Below, piece after piece: positions 25,177 to 40,099 of a stretch of 64,000 nucleotides of DNA. This DNA is from the human T2T-CHM13v2.0 reference genome, Homo sapiens. The position numbers and the translations under genes are program-made. Where the stretch lies: the NCBI RefSeq assembly GCF_009914755.1, contig NC_060933.1, one strand, 5' to 3'. Each line of letters begins with the position of its first letter. Within the stretch, counting starts at the first letter, position 1. Below the pieces are notes generated by a model. That model was not told the DNA's origin. It searched no databases and was given only the letters and a program-made list of their open reading frames with translations.

Positions 25177-27988
25177 TAAATGTCAGTATAACTTCAATTT
25201 CTTGAGCACCTATAGTGGGACAGGCATTGTGACAGTGCTTTAATAATGCAGGACAATACTTTGAAATATTAATTTAAGTCTTTTCTTTCTCTTTATTTTA
25301 CTCCTTTTAATCCCCACTCTTCCCAACCTCCATTCAGCACTGAAGACAGAATTTCTGTTTGCTTTCTTCAAAAAAATTTGGGAAAGAGTCATTTATTTTC
25401 AGAATTTCATACCTACCAAGGAACTAATACTACAGAGAAACATAGGGAAAAGGGTATTTGTACTTTATATAGACTAAATAAATATCTGGCAGAAGCAGGA
25501 TTCTCTCCATATGTGTAACAGTAAAAGCTTTTCTTTGGCTTGAGTCAGGAACAAAAGAAGAAAGAAAATTCTATGGATCCTGAGAGTAGAGAAAACCTAT
25601 CCCCTGGTTTTCAGAGACAAAGGCAACAGAACTGGAGAAGGGGCACCTAAGAGATGATCCTCTGGGAACCACATCAAAGATTCTTCACTCGAGCTTTGCA
25701 AAGAAGAGAAAATTAGAGATCTTTGGGATCTGAAGGGGCCATGCACACCGATGTAGTGAATATCTCAGGGGCCATCAGTATTGACTTATGACTTCAGATC
25801 AGATTTGTTTCTCCCCAACCAAGACCTGACGGCCAAAATCTTAGCACTGTATAATATCCTCAAGTAGTAGATACTGCTCCCCAAAGAGAGTGGGTATAAA
25901 ATTTCAGGTACAAATTATATTGAGTTTTTATATTTTATCCCTACCAGCCTAATAGAAGATTTCAGTCAGAAATTACAATGAGTTAAAGAAAATGAAGAAA
26001 GCTTGTTTGCTTCGATCCCTGGATACATCTGGATTCATACCCAATACATATTTGATGCCTCAATTAATTCCTACAACAGAACTACAAAAAAAGAAATTCC
26101 TCTACCCCTTATTACAGATAGAAAACCTAGAAAGAAAAATTTAAGTAGTTTCTTAAGATAGCACAGCTAGTTTATGATGGTGCTGGGAGTCAACCCTAAG
26201 TCTTTTCAAATCTAAAATCATCATATCTGTTATCCTGTAGTACCCATATCACAAGGTTGAGTAGGCTGGGAAAAATCTGCTATTGGCCAATCTGACTCTT
26301 TTTAAGTTACTATGAATCTGGGATGCACTCTTGCCTCTTCATGTGAGTAGAGAGACAAAGCAGATCTTTGGTGTTCGGTCTCAAAAGTAAACTCTACTAA
26401 ATAATATATTTCATAAACACAACAAAACACCAAATTGGACTCCTCATAAGCATTTTATAGCCTAATTTCTTCGCATAGTTCTGCTTTGTAGTGATTCTGA
26501 AAGGACAAATCCCATGAGGAATAAAGATCTATCTGTAGTAATTGAGAAATTTTCTGAAGATTAGAGACTTAGCTGCTTTGAAGAAAACTTTGGCAAGCCC
26601 CAGGAGTCAAGAAATCAGCTGGGAATAGTTCAGGGGCACTCACTGGCGCTCCACATGCATTGGAAGGAGGCTGGCACCAAATGGTTGCCCAAAGAGCTGC
26701 CAGTCGAGATTGGCACTTGTGCACCAAGACTAAGGGGGAAGCAAGTTGCAAGACAGTGGTGCCAGCTGGAAAAATACTGCCTGTGAAAAGAAGGAGATGA
26801 GCTTCTATGGAGGTACCAAACAATAATTTCTGAAGTGTATACAAGGATGGCTGAAGTGTGGACATGAGACTGGAAACAGAGGCAGGGCAATGATGCAAAT
26901 AAGCAAAATGGAAGGCAGGACAAAAGGAACGAAGGAGAAGGGGGACGAAAGGAGAAACGGCCTTAATTAAGAAAGCCAGCTAGGTAACAAATTTCTGAAA
27001 AGGCAGCTTGGTTTAGTTCATGTTGTATTAATTACACTGAAGTATCAGGTACAGAAAAGAATGAAAGTAGAGAGACAAAATCATTACCTGAGGAAGGGAA
27101 AGATAATACATGAATACATATTGAAAATCAGGTCAATATGATTTTTTTATATCAGATTAGATATTATAAAATATATGACTTTGTGGGTCCTTCTGTAATC
27201 ATTTTTAAACATCAGTTTAGTTTTCTCATTTGTAATAAGCAGCTGATAATAAATAAATTATAGTTGATATTATTACTATTAAAAGATGTGCTCTAATAAG
27301 TACATAATACGTGCTGCATGCTGTGCTAAGCATGTTAAATGAATTCTCTCACATAATTACTCTATAATAACTCACATAATAACCGAATGAATTACCATAA
27401 TAAAAGAGTTTTGTAGGGTACCAGATTCATACTAGGTACTCAATAAATGATGGCTACTGTTAATAATGCCATTAATATTGGTTCTTTTTTGCTAATTAAT
27501 TCCTAATCTCAAGTATTCTTTTAATGGATGTCTGTTACAATTCTGATGCTCAATGGGGTTGGGGGTCATGTAGTGGAAAGGAAGGATTTTATTTCTATTC
27601 CCTACATAAATTTCAGATAGCCTCCTTCGCAAAGGCATGCAAAACATGTAGATCGGCTATAAACACCTTGAGCTCAGACAAGGTTTATAATTGTTGTGTA
27701 TCTCAAGCTACAATTTCCCCTTTATGCATGCAGTCCTCTCTCTGATGTCCAGACAGAATCTTCTTTCTTTCTACTATCCACTGAGAGGAAAGCATGCTCT
27801 TTACTCTTCTCTTTTTACACACATTTCTACTGAAAGCTATGTGCACATGTGCTGTGAGAAGGTCGTTGATTGGATGTTCATAATAACTACACTTTTTTTG
27901 CATCTGCAGGAAATAGAGTACTCTCTCTTTAACTCAGGAATGGTCCACTCCTTTTCATCACGAAATGTCACCTTTTTAGAAAAGCCCC

Positions 27989-28384
<396 letters not shown>

Positions 28385-28493
28385 TCAGGATTTGTATACT
28401 ATTTTATTTGTTTGTCTACTCACTTGTATTTGCCTTTAGTCCTTACTACAAAGTAAATTTTGTGAGGGCAGAAACCACTTCTGTATTCTTCTG

Positions 28494-30160
28494 CATTCAG
28501 AAATATTCATTAAGCACCTACTAGGCACCAGGCATTGTTCTAGGCACTAGGATACAGCAAAGAACTGGCATTCTAGCAGTGAGGAACAAACAGCCAAAAA
28601 AAAAAATGCAGGTGGTGATGTTATGAACCACATAGCAATACAAAGGCATAAAGAGAGCACCAAGGCTGCAGCAATGAGAAGTTATTGGGATTCCATTTCA
28701 TCAAAGATAATCAGGAAAGGCTCCCTCATGTATTGACCTATAATAATTAGGGAAGATAATTCTAGGTAAAGGGAACAATAAGTACAAAGACCAAGAACTT
28801 GTTGGGTATGTTCATGAAACAACAATCAGGCTTTGTAACTAGAGTATGGTGAACAAGGAGGAGAGAAGGAAGAGATGATATTTGAAGGATTGTCAGGCAT
28901 CATGAAGCTGTAATATGACCTTTGATTTTATCCTGGGAGAGGGGGCAACAACAATTTACTTTTAAGCAGAGAGTGACAAAATCTGACTTATGTATTAAAA
29001 GGATTGCTTTTCCCATTATGTACAGAATAGCCTGGAAGGGGTTGGTCAAGGGAGAAGAGTTGAGACTATTGCACTAGTTTAAGTGGAAGATCCTGGTGAC
29101 ATAAAATATAGTGATTGTTACCAAGGTGAAGAGATGTCAGATTCTGTATAAATTTTCAAAGTAGAGATGACTGAATTTGCTGAGGAATTGGATGGGGTCA
29201 TAACAAAATGAAAAGTACCAAAGATGATTCCAACTTTTATGGCATTTGAAGTTTAAAGATTGGAGTTGCACTGACCAGGTTAGGAAATACTTGGAGAAAA
29301 AAAAGTTTAGGAGGTAGAAATTGAGAGTTCAGTTTGAGATAGGTAAAACTTCAACTACAGAAAAGCCAAGTAAGCAGTTGACTATACACGTCAACAAGTG
29401 TGGAATTAAGGAAAGAGTTTTGAGGCTAGAAATATACATTTGGAAGTTACCAGAATATAGATGGCATTTAAAATCATTAGAGTGGATAGATTCACTTATG
29501 AGGAAGATAAACAAAGTAACGATCTGAGGACGGAGTCCAGGGCCCTCCAACATTTAGTTCTAGGGAGGATGATGAGAAAATAGCAGAGCAGGACGATAGG
29601 GATTCCTCTCTGAGGCAGGAGAAAAACCAGGAGAGTGTGGGGTCCTGGAAACCAAGGGTCTGCAGCAGCTGATTAGTTAAGTAATAGAACTGTGAATGCA
29701 GTACTGGGTTTGGCAATATGGCAGTGCCTGACAACTTTGATCTGAGCAGTTTTGTAGGGTTGAATGGGTAAATGGAACAGTTTCAAGAAAGTTTGTAAGG
29801 AATGAAAGTGGAATACACACAACTTTTTCAAGGGACCTTGCCATAAAAGAGATTAGAGAGCTGGGTCGGCAGTGGAGACGGCTATGAGATTACTGGCATA
29901 TATTTCATAATAAGCATGTTTACAAAAGGAAATAAAATTGATGTTATAGGGAGAAGGAGACAATCACCAGAGTGAAGTCCTTGAACAGGACAGAGGATGG
30001 GACACATTAGCCAAGTGAAGGAGGAGATTATGGGTAGGAATTGGAAGAGTTCTTTCACTGTAACAGGAAAAAGGGAAGGTGTTTGGGTATGGGTGCACTT
30101 GTACTGGTAGTTTCACCATGTGAGCACATGGAACGTTTCCCCCAATTCCTTGATTGAATA
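28494..30160 (-). mobile_element. Long L2 fragment nested in an oppositely oriented L2 3' end
   Basis: cattcagaaatattcattaagcacctactaggcaccaggcattgttctaggcact...gagttcagtttga...gaggctagaaatatacatttggaagt. Confidence 0.85.
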
Positions 30161-31039
30161 GTCAGTAACTTTAACACTGCCTGACACATAGTAAGTGCTC
30201 AAACCAGGTATTGAATGAATGGATGTGCATTATTAAATCTGCTTCCAAAAATTTCCTAAGAAAATTTTCTGTGTTGGGGCTCTCCTTGCATTTTAGCTTC
30301 AGCCTGCACTATAAAATGGAATAGTGAGAGAAAAAGAGAGAAGCTTTTCAAATAAGTTTTAAAGATTTACTTCATAGCCTCCACCCCTAGCCTTTCCTTC
30401 TAAAACAAAGATGTGGACAGAAAGGTATAAGATGTTGTAATTTTATTATAGAAGTAATTGGATAGCTGTGACTCCTCTTACCCTCTCATAATATCTATTG
30501 GATATAACTCTTGGCTTTCTCATTTTGGCTACATTCCCAGAACCATATGTAAAATGTTTTCCTGAAATATTGAAAAGGAACCTACATTTTAAGTTCATCA
30601 TCTCTTTGCCTGAAAAGTGGTTTATTCTTGTCCTGCTGCGATTACATTTTGCATGATATCTTTTCTTTCTTCACTGTTAAGATTGTATTTAGCATGGGCT
30701 TTTCTCTTCCTTTACTATTAAGGTTAAAAATTGGAAAATTCACATTGCATACAAGCTAAGCATATTGTCATAGATGGTAGAGATATACACACAAATAAGG
30801 AAAAAAATGAAGATGACTAGAATTCATTTTAATGTGAATTATGAGAAGAGAAGAGAAGGGGTCTAATGTTCACAGAGACTCTACCAGGTGCTAAGCTGTC
30901 TACATTTATTATTTATATTTAGTCATTATAAAAAAACCCAGAAAGTAGTTATTATTTGTTATAAAATATAAGTATCTAAGAAAAAGTTACAAAAAGTGCA
31001 AAAGAAGTTCAAGATTAAAAAAACAATAGTTTTAACTTT

Positions 31040-31275
31040 TTAAGTACCTTATTAAAAATATATCTGTACCAAATATATTACTAAGTACTGCATATGCAAT
31101 ATCAGCTTTAACCTTAGAATAACTATAGAATATATATTTTTGCCCCATCTTAGAAGATGAGAAATCTGAAGCATAAAGAAATTTAATAATTTGCTGAAAG
31201 TAACACAACTATTAGGGGCTTAAATCCAGACTTGACTCTTGCATGAAGACATGCCCCTTCTGCTGTACCACATTG
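31040..31275 (+). mobile_element. MIR
   Basis: ccccatcttagaagatgagaaatctgaagcataaagaaattt...ttgctgaaagtaacacaacta core. Confidence 0.75.
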
Positions 31276-31818
31276 TCCCTTGAGGGAACCAGAACGGCCA
31301 GGGAATTGGCCAATACATGAAGATAAAGCAAAACATAATTACTGGATAATTTTGATAAACAGCATCACTGGTTCAACAGTTTAGTTGATTATATTTACTA
31401 GCTAAGTCACAATCAGTTATATGTACTTACATCTCTCCAGACATAAAGAGATACTTGTATTTCCAAGTCTCTCTCAATATATTCTGATTTGAACATTAGC
31501 AAAAATGTACCAGTATAGAATAGATTCTTAAAACTCAATCGAAAATGGGAAAGATGTTTTTTTGGTCTTATAACAAGTGGACAGCTAAATTATAATGAAA
31601 AATAAATAAGAAAAACCTTATTTATCCTATGTAAATGTATACACGTATGAATATACTGTGTGGTTTTTTTTCAAGAAATAATTCCTTCACAGGCAACCTA
31701 GGAAATATAGTAATTAAAAATGCACTCTTTAAAATCAGAATTTTCAATCCTGCCCTTGCCAGTTTTTGGTACGAGACTTGCACAAGTTACTTTGACAAGC
31801 TAGAGAATTCTGAAAGAC

Positions 31819-32130
31819 CTTTTTTTTTTTTTTTTTTTTGAGATGGAGTCTCACTCTCTAACCCAGGCTGGAGTGCAGTGCCACGATCTCGGCTCACTGC
31901 AAGCTCCACCTCCCAGGTTCACACCATTCTCCTGCCTCAGCCTCCTGAGTATCTGGGACCACAGGCGCCCACCACCACGCCCAGCTGATTTTTTTTTTTT
32001 TTTTGCATTTTTAGTAGAGATGGGGTTTCACCATGTTAGCCAGGAAGGTCTTGATCTCCCGACCTCGTGATCTGCCCACCTCGGCCTCCCAAAGTGCTGG
32101 GATTACAGGAGTGAGCCACCGTGCCCAGTC
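31819..32130 (-). mobile_element. AluY
   Basis: gcaagctccacctcccaggttcacaccattctcc, gttagccagga, gacctcgtgatc; TSD gaaagac(c/a)ttttt. Confidence 0.95.
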
Positions 32131-33071
32131 CGAAAGACATTTTTTAATGTTGGTTTTAATTTTCCTTACTGAAGTCCATAAAAGTCTTAGCCAACTCCCC
32201 AGATTTGTGTAATTGCTACAACTATTGCACTTAGGTGAGGAACTCATGTGAATTCTTAGAAAGAAATATTTATTTCCTTCCAGGTATCATAACAATGCAC
32301 ACCTTCAGCTGAAGGCAGAACCCTGGGAAAAATCTTCACTCTCAGGGTGTTATTTCCACAAACACAAATACTATTCTTTTTTTTCATGTTTCCATTCAGA
32401 GTAATCCCCTTCATGAAATTTTCCCTGTAGCTTCACCCAGATGTGTGAACTGGTTCTCCTTTCCTAAATTCATATGGTATTTTATTTCTTTCTCCCCACC
32501 CTCCACCTTTACTTATCTGTATTCCGTCACTCTCACAGTACAAGTTTCAAGAAGGCAGGGGCTATTTTTTTATGCATCCTATTTCTACACAGACGTTAAC
32601 ATAAACTCCTCATGAGTAGCTTCTTCCTCAGAGTTGTATTAAGCATTTGATGTGTTCTAGACTCTAGCATAATAATCTCTTACATTTTATTGAGTGCTTC
32701 ATCTTTGCCACAAGTATCTGATAGGGGCTTTTAGAACATGATCTCATTCAATTCTCAAAACTACGCAAAATCAGTCACATTATTAAACCTGTTTTGTAAA
32801 TTGGGAGGCTGAGAGGTAGAGAGTATGGCCCACGGACCTAGGATCCCGCATTGGCAACATCCTACTTGGTCTCTGCTACCTCAGAGTCCACATGCTTGAC
32901 CACTGTGTAAACACCACCCCTGTAGACATTCAGGAGATACTCAATGAACAAACAGATAAAAGTCAAGGACTATTTTCCTTTTCCTTTTTCTCCAGCTTTA
33001 AGATAAGATGTAAGCAAGTGATCATATTTTTTTCAAAAGATCAAGAAATTTCTTCATATAAAGAGTATTCA

Positions 33072-33223
33072 GGCCAGGCATGGTGGCTTACGCCTGTAAT
33101 CCCAGCACTTCGGGAGACTGAGGGTAAGGGACACTTGAGGCCAGGAATTTAAGGCTGCAGTGAACTATGATCATGCTTCTGCACCCAGCCTGGGTGACAG
33201 TGAGACCCTCTCACTAAAAAAAA
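33072..33223 (+). mobile_element. Monomeric Alu (FRAM/FAM-like) with 12-bp TSD
   Basis: Single monomer ending ggctgcagtgaactatgatc...gtgagaccct plus A tail; TSD aaagagtattca on both sides. Confidence 0.85.
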
Positions 33224-33994
33224 AGAGTATTCAAAGAAGCACATGTAAATATTTATTTGTCCTTTGAGTAAATGCAGTGACACATAATATATCTTGAGTG
33301 CTACAGAGAACATTCAAGTTTATTCTTGGTGATTTGTAAACTGCCAGTTACTTAGACCTAATGAGTTATGAAAGTCTTGGCCTTGCATTGAAAGTTGCAA
33401 AGTGAAGAAATAATTGCTTTGTATTACCTTTGGGTAGTCAGACCCATTACTTAAGCAATTAACCTTCACTTTCTGTTCCACTTCAAGAGAGGTAAAAGCA
33501 ATGGTTTTAAACATTTCTTAATAATTATTAATCCTTACATACATTGATCCATATTATGAACAGCTGTCATTGCTTACCAATACTATAGACTAAAACTTTT
33601 CACCATATTGGAAAAAAAAATAGAGGATAGATGTAAGACTTAAATAGGTCAATTGTGAAGAAGAGGCTATGGCTAATTTGATGAGTAAATACATCCAAGC
33701 TGCTCTCCAAGTACAGTGGACTCTGAATTATTTTCTCATTTTGACCTTCTAAGTGGGAATTTAATGAGACACTATTGTAGTTACTTCAAAGACTGAATAA
33801 ATCTAGGATAAGACAGACATGTTTCTACTAACACTGGATGAGCTGGGTTATCTGAAAATTGGGATTCATATTCTGTAAGAAATATGTGAAAAACCTATGC
33901 TTAACAGAGGAAAAAAAATTGACAGTGAGATTACTCCTTGGAATATAAAATACACGTGTTAACTTCCTCAGATATATAAATGGTTAAAATACGC

Positions 33995-34025
<31 letters not shown>

Positions 34026-34490
34026 TCAATGTTAGAGTCCTAGCAATCTCTAAAGACTCTTAGAAGCATACATGGTCAAATATCCTAGGAACCATAGTTG
34101 CTTGGTGGGCTCTGGAGTCAGACTACCTGGCTTCCAATTTAAGCCCAGCATTTATTATTAGCTGTACATCTTTAATGTGACTTAGCCTCAGTTTCTCAAA
34201 TTACAGTTCTGGGAGCACAGTTATCTGGAAAATAGTATGTGATCCAAATGTTAGCTAGTATTCCTCTTATTGCCTATTTTTAACTGACCCAAATGTTTCT
34301 AAAACTTTACAAATAAGAAACCGAAACTGCATAAGAAAAATGAAAAACCACAGCTATTGCTTGTAGAGCTCATAATATGATGCCATATTCATTTTAAGCC
34401 AAGCAAAGCCAGTTGTTATGGGTAAGTGGGGAGTGTGTTAATGCTGTTGCTTTTCGTATTTTTCTTTTCTTCTCTTTTCTTTTCTTCTTA

Positions 34491-34916
<426 letters not shown>

Positions 34917-35999
34917 CTAGAAACAACTGTCTACAAGATACGTTGCCTAACAGGATTAGTGCATATTTTTTCTGTTTAAATGCTCTAGGAGAGTTCATTA
35001 TTTTTACGAGATTATTCTAATAAGGTCACTCTCTCCTTTTCTTGTTTTCCTCCTCCTTCTTCTCTCTTTCTCTTTCTCCCACCCTCTCTTCAATGATCTA
35101 TGGTCAAAAGCACTGGGTGATACAGCCTATTACCCACTCAACAAAGATGAGTAACAGGAGCCAGTTTCTGAGAAGAAGGTTCAAATGGGACAGACATTCT
35201 AACGCATTCCATCCCTTACCTAGCAAGCATTCTTGTCGCTGTAAATAAATCAGAAGTTGCTTCTGTGTAGCATCAACATCGTATCTACAACTCTTGCCAA
35301 TCTCAATGTTTAAAAACATTTGTTTTCTAAATAATCTGAAATCTGTAAGAATTTGTTTTCCAAAAGTTTTCTTAATCACATCTACAACTTCTAATCAGAG
35401 ACTTCTGTCAAATAACTAGGTTTATGAAGTTTATTAATATAATTCTAACTTAAAGCAAATGAACTTGACCTCTTTATTAGTATGTTTAACTTTATCTCAG
35501 GTAAATGTGACAATTTTTAAAAGTTTTTACAAATATTAAAGAGACTAGTACTAAAATCTACTCCAAAGACTGCCTTAAGGGACTGAGGTTTGAAAAAGGA
35601 TAAAGTCAATTCTAAAATTCACGCAATAATGGGATTATTTTATAGGATAATGGTCAGATAGAAAATGGTTTTATGCCAAGTAACAGCACTGATATCAACT
35701 ATACCGATCTGTGTTTCATCTCAAGAAGAAAAGGGAAAGAAATCACACTTGAGAAAACTATGAAGCTTTCCGAGATAGAATGTTGTTAGAACGCTCTGTA
35801 ATTGATGATAATGACCCTTGGATGAGTCTGTTTATATGTGATTTGTGTATCACGATTACACAAGCAGGAAAAATAAGCCACCGCTTTATGAAAGATGGGT
35901 GGAGATTTTCCAATCATTTTCCAAGGTTAAACTCAGACTCTATCTATGTAGTATCAGAATTTTTAGTTGACTTTTTTTTTCTATAATATCTATTATGGC

Positions 36000-36297
36000 A
36001 ATGTATGTGGGACTTGCCCAAGATTTGTTTGTTGTTGTTGTTTTCTCTTGAGATTTGAAGCCAGAAACTGGAAAATTACCTAAATTACCCAGCTTACCCC
36101 ACTGTAACTGACATCATTACCAAGGGTGGCTGATCTGGAAGCCTGGGTTCTGAAATGAAGTTAATGTTGAATAAGGTTCAAATCAGATGGATGATAAATA
36201 TGTAGCATGAGCAAGAAATAAACTTTTAATGTTTTAACCATCTGAAATCTGGGTATTTTTGTTACGGCAGCATAACATAAACTATCTTGACGTGTAC
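36000..36297 (+). mobile_element. Old MaLR LTR (MLT1J/K-like) 3' part
   Basis: gcatgagcaagaaataaactttt...ctgaaatctgggtattttttgttacggcagcataac...tatcttgac. Confidence 0.65.
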
Positions 36298-39200
36298 AGG
36301 GCATATAGAAGGTGCACTTAATCCAAACATTGGAGGGAGGCAGGAAATGTTCCCTTGTGTATTACATATACATGCACATGTTATTTCCATAATTATCTTA
36401 TCACCTACTCAAGTGTAAACTCTGAGAACATAGCACCCTGCATAAAATATTTGCCCAGTAAATGCTAGTTTAAGTGAAATCAGTCAAAAATAAAGCTAGA
36501 GTTTTAGAAATTCAACTTTAGTGCTCTTTTGCAGGGCTTATTAACCAGAATACTGGTTCTAGATAAATCTTGGCTCTGCTACACTATATAATTGGGAAAT
36601 TTCATGTTTCTTTATTGAGATGGATATCATATCCCTCATCGGTTAAACTACAATGATAATTGCATGAAAATATGTATTGTAATTTCAGTTCAAAGCAGAT
36701 GATCTACAAAAATGCTATTTTTCTCTCAGAATCACTGTTCTCTATCTCTTTCACATTCCAATGATGATAAATTCTAAACTAGGTTTTGAAACCAAGAAAT
36801 CAATTTGTTTCCACAAGATTAGAACAAGGACTGTTTAAAAGATTGAAAACATGATCACTTTTTGTTAAAATTAACATACATCAAGTGCCTTTCCCTTAAA
36901 ATAACTTGCTATTGATACAATATTGGTAAAATGAAAGACTATGTTGCAAATTTGACTTCAAAAACACTTTTGGATTTTCCATTATGAGATTTGCCATGTG
37001 TCTTGCCTAGAAATATCTACATTTGTTTTCTCTCATCAATATTATCAGCTTCTGAGGGATCAAAAAATGTACATGCAGGCCTAAATCAAATTTAAATCTA
37101 TGCAATACTTCAGACATTTTAAAATTAATAGGAATTTTGCATTGTAATTTTACCACAGTTGGGTACTTAATGAAGAAATTATATATTTTTTTATTTTTTA
37201 AGTATCCTATGTGCCTTAGCACTCTCCTGAGTGCTACTTCAATTCCTACTACTCTTCGCAAAGCTAAACTCTGACTGCTTGTCTCCCATGAAATGATTTA
37301 TAAAGAAATCTTACATTATCCTTGCTGATAAGAATGCTTCCCAATGCACACTGCTGCATTTTCAAATAGATATTCATCTGAACGAGGGAAAAATCTTTTT
37401 TAATGATTATATTGCCATGATTTACAGTTGTTAGCTGAAAGAAGATTAATCCAAAGAGACTTGATGAAGTCTATGCCAAAAAACACAGTAACAAGTATTC
37501 AAATGAAACAAAACACTTTAGAGCTGTGTTTTACCTTTGATGGACCTCAGGCATACTCCAAAAGATCAAACCAAATGAAGAAACAGATTGAATCTTTATA
37601 AGTTCCCTACATCAACTTCCTATTGAATCATCAAATGTAAAAAAAGAGAAAAAAACCCTCAAAAAATGACTGAAAACTTCTTTAAATGTGTGTTTGAAAG
37701 AGACAAGGAAGCTCTTCGTAAAATTTGTTCAGTTAATCTAACTGAGGCCCATTTAAAAATGTACCAATCAGCTTATATGTTAAATATCTAAGAAACTGCA
37801 TTTAGGTTTTTCTCAACCTGAATCTGCAGACTCAAGCTATCCACATACAATTTGTATGAGCACAAGATTAGCAGCCATACTGCTCTGATTCATCTGATTT
37901 TAATGGAACCCTTGGGGATTGACTCAATGCAGCTGACTGGTTTTTTCCTATATTAAATTGTCCCTAATGTGACTGGCTACATCATAATATTATAGACTAT
38001 GGACTATTTGTCATAGATGTTTCTATGTTTGCTTCTCTGCAAATTTAAGAAAGTTAACTATTTTCTTAAAGTTTTGATTTCTAATTTCTCGATTTGGGCA
38101 TACGACCACCACTAGCAAATGTCATCAGAGTACAAAAAATGGAAACAGAGGCTATCATTAATAATACATTACTTCACTATTGACGGGATGACCGTGGGTT
38201 TTGAAGCTTATGAGTTCAAAAGTCCTCTTTAAAGTATTTTTCAATTCTGCTCCCGAAGTGGGTGAGTGTGTGTGTGCACACATATGTGTCTGTGTGCATC
38301 TGTACAGAGGTTTCAGCCTGGCTTACATTTAGCACAGTAGCTTCCTTTACAGGAGACTTTTTGCGAGCATCAGTGTTTCATTTCACAACTCACCATGTGT
38401 ACTAATGCTAAAGATACAGATTACAGTGTAAGAACTGGAGTAATTATAGCCTTCCAAATCCTAAACTCTCAAACTTCCTTATTTCACAGGGCACCATTAG
38501 TTTACTTCCCCAAAGCTGATTTCAGCATTTTAGCAGATGTTTTGTGAATGTTGTAAATGGGTACAAAATGGAGGACATCCTAATGTTGAGAGTAGTAAAT
38601 ATCATTGTCATGAGCCTAAGGCTTCTCTATACACATTAGAAGAAAGTACTCTCTAAAGAGAATGGTTAGAAGTTAACAGGGAATACATCACTATTGTAAT
38701 AATCATAAAAAAGCAATTGCACGCCAGTGTTAGACAGTCTCTGGGTAACCAGGTGCTAATAATTTTACTATATTAATGAAGACTTCAAGTCATACTGGTC
38801 TACTCATTTGGACAGTATTTGCTTCAGCACTAGGAAGGCTGATGTCTTCCTTTTAAACTCGAGTTATTAACTTGACCCTGCTATTGAGAGCCTGCAATCC
38901 TTAATTTAAGGGTAATTTACAATAGCATCTATAACAGTATACACAAATGGTACATTAGCTAAGGATGAAATGGAGAACATTCATGAATTTGTATGCTCTG
39001 TTATGGCTGACAATGGATCAGGCCTGTGGCACAGGTGGTAGGCATCCTGCCTCTTCCTGCCCCTGATCAACTCACAAAACGTACACCACACAGACCAAGC
39101 AGAGAAATACAAATGCAGAAGGCTGAATTGCTTTACATTAAGTGCAAAGATCTGAAGCATTATTTTTCCACAACGTTAAATAAGTTCCTGCAGAAGTATA

Positions 39201-39616
39201 TATAACCCTGAATTATATATATACACATGTATACATTATATGTATATGTATAATTTTTAAAGATCATCTAACTAGAGCCTTTTAGTTCAGTAATTCATCA
39301 AACACTTACAACATGTCTTTTTTTTTTAGATTTGAGTTCATTCTATTTTGATTTTTACAAAAAAAAAAAAGCCAATATCAATAAAAGTTTGGTAGGGATG
39401 GGATCACTGAACTATATAGTCCATAATGGGTATTCAATATCTTCAAACCAGAGCAAATATTGGCATGACAAGTCAGTAGAAATTCCAAGGAAAGCTGTCA
39501 TCGCTTATTTTTCACTATGGTAGATAATAAGGAAGTTCCTGCTATTCCTCAATTTGTCCTGATCCTTGGCACCCGTCATAACAAGGTTAAGAATTGGTTC
39601 TATTCACCTTAGTGCC

Positions 39617-39790
39617 TCAGTGATTCCCAGCCTTGGCTATATGTTAGAATCATCTGAGATGTTTTGAAAACACATTTATGTTTGAATCCCACACTAGGCC
39701 AGCCAAATGTGAACTTCAGTGGGACCCTTAGACTTTTCAGCCCCCCAAGTAATTCTAAAGTTCAGCTAAGGTTGAAAGCCTTAACTACTT
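39617..39790. mobile_element. MER5-type hAT-Charlie element
   Basis: cagtgattcccagccttggctatatgttagaatcatctg...ccaagtaattctaaagttcagctaaggttgaaa. Confidence 0.75.
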
Positions 39791-39961
39791 AACTTGAGAT
39801 GTGAGAAGCAAGAAAAGCACTCCATGCCAAAAGTATCCCTTCCACTAGCTTGCTCTAATGTTTTAATTACACTATTAAAACAACTCATTTTATGTTTCCT
39901 ACAAGCTGTATTCATTGACAAATAAATACAGTAATGTCAGTCAACATAATATTTTTAATTA

Positions 39962-40089
39962 CAGTCACATGCCTCATAACAATATTTTAGTTGATGACAG
40001 ACCACATATAGGACAGTGGCCCCATAAGATTATACTATTGTATTTTTATTGTACCTTTTCTAGGCTTAGATATGTCTAGGTACACAAAT
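39962..40089 (+). mobile_element. Tigger3a-like left end, truncated
   Basis: ta|cagtcacatgcctcataac...gtggccccataagattata...cttagatatgtctaggtacacaaat. Confidence 0.85.
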
Positions 40090-40099
40090 GTATATGTAC

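Noticed and set aside
33995-34020. Isolated long poly(A) (also ~22425 and ~55388)
   Set aside because: No element body or TSD visible; simple mononucleotide runs.
36800-39600. Assigning the block to a specific known enhancer or gene locus
   Set aside because: No sequence I can confidently match; locus identity needs BLAT.
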